Virus genome (UHGV): UHGV-0075702
Direction: 5' to 3' (one strand)
Source: a virus
DNA: 18,339 bases
Every line of letters begins with the position of its first letter. Position 1 is the stretch's first letter. Positions 14,919 to 18,339 of this stretch are shown here, piece by piece. The notes beneath the pieces were generated by a model. That model was not told where the DNA came from. It worked only from the letters and a program-made list of their open reading frames with translations, and ran no database searches. The position numbers were made by a program, and so were the translations under genes.

Positions 14919-15538
14919 GACTCGAAAGCGTAGCTAAATTTCATTCGCCAAAAAGCCCGATGATGAGCGACTCACCACGGGCTACGGCTTCTGACTCTCT
15001 TTCCGGTACTGATGTGATGGCTGCTATGGGGATGGCGCAATCACAAGCCGGATTCGGAATGGCTGCATTCTGTGGTAAGCACGAACTCAGCCAGAACGAC
15101 AAACAAAAGGCTATCAACTATCTGATGCAATTTGCACACAAGGTATCTGGGAAATACCGTGGTGTGGCAAAGCTCGAAGGAAATACTAAGGCAAAGGTGC
15201 TGCAAGTGCTCGCAACATTCGCTTATGCGGATTATTGCCGTAGTGCCGCGACGCCGGGCGCAAGATGCAGAGATTGCCACGGAACAGGCCGTGCGGTTGA
15301 TATAGCAAAAACAGAGCAGTGGGGGAGAGTTGTTGAGAAAGAGTGCGGAAGATGCAAAGGAGTCGGCTATTCCAGGATGCCAGCAAGCGCCGCATATCGC
15401 GCTGTAACGATGCTAATCCCAAACCTTACTCAACCCACCTGGTCACGCACTGTTAAGCCGCTGTATGACGCTCTGGTGGTGCAATGCCACAAAGAAGAGT
15501 CAATCGCAGACAACATTTTGAATGCGGTCACACGTTAG
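14915..15538 (+). CDS. Q: Q late-gene antiterminator (lambda Q type)
   Basis: 207 aa beginning MRLESVAKFHSPKSPMMSDSPRATASD..., with the zinc-binding segment CRDCHGTGR...CGRCKG. To my recollection it is identical or nearly so to lambda Q. Confidence 0.9.
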   Translation: MRLESVAKFHSPKSPMMSDSPRATASDSLSGTDVMAAMGMAQSQAGFGMAAFCGKHELSQNDKQKAINYLMQFAHKVSGKYRGVAKLEGNTKAKVLQVLATFAYADYCRSAATPGARCRDCHGTGRAVDIAKTEQWGRVVEKECGRCKGVGYSRMPASAAYRAVTMLIPNLTQPTWSRTVKPLYDALVVQCHKEESIADNILNAVTR

Positions 15539-15580
15539 CAGCATGATTGCCACGGATGGCAACATATTAACGGCATGATA

Positions 15581-15625
15581 TTGACTTTTTGAATAAAGTT
15601 GGGTAAATTTGACCCAACGATGGAT
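15581..15625 (+). promoter_or_regulatory. late promoter pR' with overlapping qut site
   Basis: TTGACT (15581..15586), 17-bp spacer, TAAATT (15604..15609). The stretch TTGACTttttgaataaagttgggTAAATTtgacccaacgatgg is nearly the same as lambda pR'/qut as I remember it. Confidence 0.65.
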
Positions 15626-15645
15626 AAATGCACTCGTTAAATAAA

Positions 15646-15680
15646 GCCCTGAGTTAATAGCTCGGGGCTTTTTGCGTTTT
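15646..15680 (+). terminator. intrinsic terminator shortly downstream of pR' (tR'-like)
   Basis: GCCCTGAG-ttaatag-CTCGGGGC (8-bp stem with one G-U) followed by TTTTTgcgTTTT, about 40-60 nt after the predicted start. Confidence 0.6.
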
Positions 15681-15816
15681 AAGCACGGCCTTTCTGAAAG
15701 CACATCAAACCAAATACCAGACAGACAAAAATAATCACCTTATCCGCTGTGGCTACGGTGCGGTGTGCTTTGCATAAAAGAAAACCAGCTCAATGGCTGG
15801 CTTCGTGAAAGCGGGT

Positions 15817-15851
15817 GGCAGGAGGTTGCGCTAACAACCTCCTGCCGTTTT
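15817..15851 (+). terminator. perfect 12-bp hairpin plus short T-run in the late leader
   Basis: GGCAGGAGGTTG-cgctaa-CAACCTCCTGCC followed by GTTTTG. The surrounding leader matches the lambda sequence upstream of S from memory. Confidence 0.5.
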
Positions 15852-15951
15852 GCTCGTGCATATCGGTCACGAACAAATCTGATTACTAAACACAGTAGCC
15901 TGGATTTGTTCTATCAGTAATCGACCTTATTCCTAATTAAATAGAGCAAAT

Positions 15952-15967
15952 CCCCTCAATGAAGGGG
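15952..15967 (+). promoter_or_regulatory. sdi-like stem-loop occluding the holin translation-initiation region
   Basis: CCCCT-caatga-AGGGG sits 7 nt upstream of a dual-start motif ATG-tac-cgt-ATG (M-Y-R-M). Layout parallels the lambda S sdi structure. Confidence 0.4.
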
Positions 15968-15973
15968 TAGAGC

Positions 15974-16177
15974 ATGTACCGTATGGACAAAATCAGAGAA
16001 TGGTTCAGTTACAGCTTCGGAGGACTGACTGCGATGGGTGGCATTCTCTCCCTGAATGACTGGGCTGTCATCATTGGTATTCTTTGTACTGTCGGCACAT
16101 TTGGCATCAACTGGTACTACAAGCGCAAAGAGCGCGAGGACAGATTGAATGGCAATGTCACCGGCACTACGAAATAG
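15974..16177 (+). CDS. class II (2-TMD) holin, probable pinholin with antiholin/holin dual start
   Basis: 67 aa with two hydrophobic segments ([17 protein letters not shown]; [20 protein letters not shown]), a charged C-terminus, and M1-Y-R-M4 dual start. Followed by a SAR endolysin as in phage 21. Confidence 0.8.
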   Translation: MYRMDKIREWFSYSFGGLTAMGGILSLNDWAVIIGILCTVGTFGINWYYKRKEREDRLNGNVTGTTK

Positions 16178-16652
16178 CGTAATAGCGGCGATAAGTGGCG
16201 GGGCTATTGCTATAGCATCTGTGTTAATCACTGGACCAAGTGGTAACGATGGTCTGGAAGGTGTCAGCTACATACCATACAAAGATATTGTTGGTGTATG
16301 GACTGTATGTCACGGGCATACAGGAAAAGACATCATGCTCGGTAAAACGTATACCAAAGCAGAATGCAAAGCCCTCCTGAATAAAGACCTTGCCACGGTC
16401 GCCAGACAAATTAACCCGTACATCAAAGTCGATATGCCGGAAACAACGCGCGGCGCTCTTTACTCGTTCGTCTACAACGTGGGTGCTGGCAATTTCAGAA
16501 CATCGACGCTTCTTCGCAAAATAAACCAGGGCGATATCAAAGGCGCATGTGATCAGCTACGTCGCTGGACATATGCTGGCGGTAAGCAATGGAAAGGTCT
16601 CATGACTCGTCGTGAGATTGAGCGTGAAATCTGTTTGTGGGGTCAGCAATGA
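16149..16652 (+). CDS. SAR endolysin (T4-lysozyme/GH24-like, phage 21 R-type)
   Basis: N-terminal signal-anchor-release domain rich in Gly/Ala ([19 protein letters not shown]) followed by a lysozyme domain (...[27 protein letters not shown]...). Resembles phage 21 R21 as I recall. Start overlaps the holin 3' end. Confidence 0.9.
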   Translation: MAMSPALRNSVIAAISGGAIAIASVLITGPSGNDGLEGVSYIPYKDIVGVWTVCHGHTGKDIMLGKTYTKAECKALLNKDLATVARQINPYIKVDMPETTRGALYSFVYNVGAGNFRTSTLLRKINQGDIKGACDQLRRWTYAGGKQWKGLMTRREIEREICLWGQQ

Positions 16653-17092
16653 ACAGAGTAACCGCGATTATCTCCGCTCTGGTTATCTGCATCATCGTCT
16701 GCCTGTCATGGGCTGTTAATCATTACCGTGATAACGCCATCGCCTACAAAGAGCAGCGCGATAAGGCCGCATCCATCATCGCTGACATGCAGAAGCGTCA
16801 ACGTGATGTAGCAGAACTCGACGCCAGATACACAAAGGAGCTTGCTGATGCTAACGCGACTATCGAAAGTCTTCGTGCTGATGTTTCTGCTGGTCGTAAG
16901 TGGCTGCACGTCAAAGCAGTCTGTCCGGACATGCATAAAACCACCGCCGCCTCCGGCGTGGATGATGGCGCCAGCCCCAGACTTACTGACACCGCTCAAC
17001 GGGATTATTTCGTTCTCAGAGAGCGCATCGAAACCATAACTAACCAATTGAATGGCCTGCAAGAGTATGTGAGATCACAGTGTTCATATTAG
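16649..17092 (+). CDS. Rz: Rz i-spanin
   Basis: Internal ATG overlapping the endolysin stop (ATGA). N-terminus [31 protein letters not shown] closely resembles lambda Rz. Confidence 0.8.
   Translation: MNRVTAIISALVICIIVCLSWAVNHYRDNAIAYKEQRDKAASIIADMQKRQRDVAELDARYTKELADANATIESLRADVSAGRKWLHVKAVCPDMHKTTAASGVDDGASPRLTDTAQRDYFVLRERIETITNQLNGLQEYVRSQCSY
16842..17039 (+). CDS. Rz1: Rz1 o-spanin (lipoprotein) embedded in the +1 frame of Rz
   Basis: Signal peptide with lipobox (LLVVSGC) followed by a proline-rich segment ([10 protein letters not shown]), wholly inside Rz. Confidence 0.7.
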   Translation: MLMLTRLSKVFVLMFLLVVSGCTSKQSVRTCIKPPPPPAWMMAPAPDLLTPLNGIISFSESASKP

Positions 17093-17130
17093 AAAAGTCT
17101 TATCATAAGATTTTTGTATATGGATGCATT

Positions 17131-17505
17131 ATGTCTCAATACGCGCGCGCCGCTTTAATCGCTTATCATTTGGTTGCTGATAGCTCAATGCCTCCTCGTG
17201 ATGCATGGGATGCAGCTGTCGCAGAGGTTACAGAAAGCGAATCGTCAAGAAAGAAGATATGCCCAAGGACAACATTTCTCGCCCTGGCGGATAGCGGTTA
17301 CCTCAAGAATGTAAAACCACTGCATGGGGAGAAAAAGGGCGGTAAGTTGTACCAAAGGGCAATTGAAGTTGCGAATCTGATTCTTGATTTACCCGGAATC
17401 AGTAAAGCTGAATTGGTTGATAAAACTGGTTACAAAGACAGGCAAGGGTCTTATGACCTGATTCTCGCTCTGTATCATCATGAGCAACTCCAGCGACCGG
17501 AATAA
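17131..17505 (+). CDS. hypothetical protein (124 aa from ATG 17131; GTG 17080 alternative) in the moron position after Rz
   Basis: Track ORF 17080..17505. No family recognised. Sits where lambda carries bor. Confidence 0.5.
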   Translation: MSQYARAALIAYHLVADSSMPPRDAWDAAVAEVTESESSRKKICPRTTFLALADSGYLKNVKPLHGEKKGGKLYQRAIEVANLILDLPGISKAELVDKTGYKDRQGSYDLILALYHHEQLQRPE

Positions 17506-17622
17506 TTATCCCAGCATCAGTGTCAAAAATAGGCAGTGATACGCTATTTTCCTGAAAATACTTTACTAACATTTTATGAGAATTATCCTAGTAAAGTGTT
17601 TATTTAAAAGGAGTTTGGGTTT

Positions 17623-17826
17623 ATGAAAATTCTCTGGGTCATCAGTCTTTTGTGTAGTGCTATTGGATTTATTGAAGGAATCCTCGGGGCTTTCGGTGCT
17701 CAGAGTGCTCCACAACAGGCTGCAGGTGCAGCAATGGGAGTAGCATGGGCAGTTATTCCATATTGTATTTGTCGTGCTATCCAACAATTGCGCCCTCGAG
17801 AAGTCATTATTAAAAAGGAAGAATGA
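17623..17826 (+). CDS. small two-TM membrane protein (67 aa)
   Basis: AAAGGAG RBS 8 nt upstream. Two hydrophobic segments (ILWVISLLCSAIGFIEGILGAF; AAMGVAWAVIPYCICRAI) and a basic C-terminus. Preceded by an AT-rich promoter-like tract and followed by a terminator hairpin. Confidence 0.55.
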   Translation: MKILWVISLLCSAIGFIEGILGAFGAQSAPQQAAGAAMGVAWAVIPYCICRAIQQLRPREVIIKKEE

Positions 17827-17857
17827 CCAGATCTTATCCGGTGTTTTTTCTGTCTAA

Positions 17858-17880
17858 GCCTCGCGTCGCGGGGCTTTTTA
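17858..17880 (+). terminator. intrinsic terminator after the small membrane-protein gene
   Basis: GCCTCGC-gtc-GCGGGGC (7-bp stem, one G-U) followed by TTTTTA, ending 12 nt before the HNH ATG. Confidence 0.5.
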
Positions 17881-17891
17881 TTGGAGCCAGC

Positions 17892-18242
17892 ATGCCACCA
17901 CGAACCCCAAAAGCCTGCCGCGTTCGCGGCTGCCGCCCAACCACGACTGACCCGTCAGGCTACTGCGAAAGCCACAAAAGCGAAGGCTGGAAACAATACA
18001 AGCCAGGCCAGTCCCGTCACCAGCGCGGCTACGGTTCGAAGTGGGATGTTATCCGCGCGCGCGTGCTGAAGCGTGACAAGGGCCTGTGCCAGTTGTGCCT
18101 GCGTGCTGGTGTGGTGCGCGAGGCGAAAACCGTTGACCACATCATTCCTAAAGCGCATGGCGGCACAGATTCAGACAGCAATCTGCAGAGCCTGTGCTGG
18201 CCGTGTCATAAGGCGAAGACGGCCCGTGAACGACTGAAGTAA
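17892..18242 (+). CDS. HNH endonuclease (terminase-associated type)
   Basis: Internal ATG with GGAG RBS 5 nt upstream. Zinc-finger and HNH features: CRVRGC...C, DHIIPKAHGG, NLQSLCWPCH. HNH genes next to cos and terminase are typical of HK97-like packaging modules. Confidence 0.8.
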   Translation: MPPRTPKACRVRGCRPTTTDPSGYCESHKSEGWKQYKPGQSRHQRGYGSKWDVIRARVLKRDKGLCQLCLRAGVVREAKTVDHIIPKAHGGTDSDSNLQSLCWPCHKAKTARERLK

Positions 18243-18259
18243 GAACCAGTTCCCACTGC

Positions 18260-18339
18260 CAGAGGGGAGGGGCGGGTCAAATCTCTGTGACCTGACGTCT
18301 TCCGGACTGCCCGCCCCATCGTTTTTTTATACCCGCGAA
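18260..18339. other. GC-rich dyad element after the HNH gene; cos-site candidate
   Basis: GGGGCGGG ... (33 bp) ... CCCGCCCC inverted repeat followed by ATCGTTTTTTTAT, at the expected cos location. The window ends here, so the context is incomplete. Confidence 0.25.

Noticed and set aside
14484-15422. Minus-strand ORFs 14484..14864, 15041..15280 and 15186..15422
   Set aside because: Antisense to rusA, ninH and Q, which are confidently assigned.
16706-17062. Minus-strand ORFs 16706..17062 and 16798..16992 within the Rz region
   Set aside because: Antisense to Rz. The only embedded gene supported by a recognisable signature (lipobox plus Pro-rich) is plus-strand Rz1.
17823-17891. Upstream in-frame ATG (17823) as the HNH endonuclease start
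   Set aside because: The extension would read through the terminator hairpin at 17858..17880 and has a poorly spaced SD; the internal ATG at 17892 has a GGAG at proper spacing.
1-18339. Integrase/att site, tRNA genes, IS elements
   Set aside because: No tyrosine-recombinase-like ORF, no tRNA-like cloverleaf between Q and the holin, and no terminal inverted repeats flanking a transposase were seen. The window appears to lie entirely inside the phage genome.

Overview
This window reads as a mosaic lambdoid temperate phage or prophage segment from an Enterobacteriaceae (E. coli-like) host, covering the early-left arm through the immunity, replication, nin, Q and lysis regions to the start of the packaging region. 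Gene order: minus-strand pL operon accessory genes (Eaa/DUF551, Ea22-like, small coupled ORFs, P22-type recombination genes cIII-kil-erf-ssb, N with nutL) | an AT-rich Clp-fold serine peptidase gene and terminator in the position lambda uses for rexAB | cI | OR | cro-nutR-cII | O-like initiator with internal iteron repeats plus DnaB-type helicase | nin region (ninB, Dam-like methylase, ninE, ninF, DUF1364, rusA, ninH) | Q with a lambda-like pR'/qut | 2-TMD holin, SAR endolysin, Rz/Rz1 | a moron-like two-gene insert | HNH endonuclease and a cos-like GC-rich dyad at the window edge. No rRNA, tRNA, CRISPR array, IS element, integrase or att site was seen. The best candidates for an undescribed function are the cI-linked peptidase at the rex-equivalent locus, the promoter/terminator-bounded moron after Rz, and the small membrane-protein pair at the ren-equivalent locus. 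Everything here comes from reading the sequence and the ORF track plus recall of protein families; no searches or computations were run, and base composition statements are by-eye estimates.
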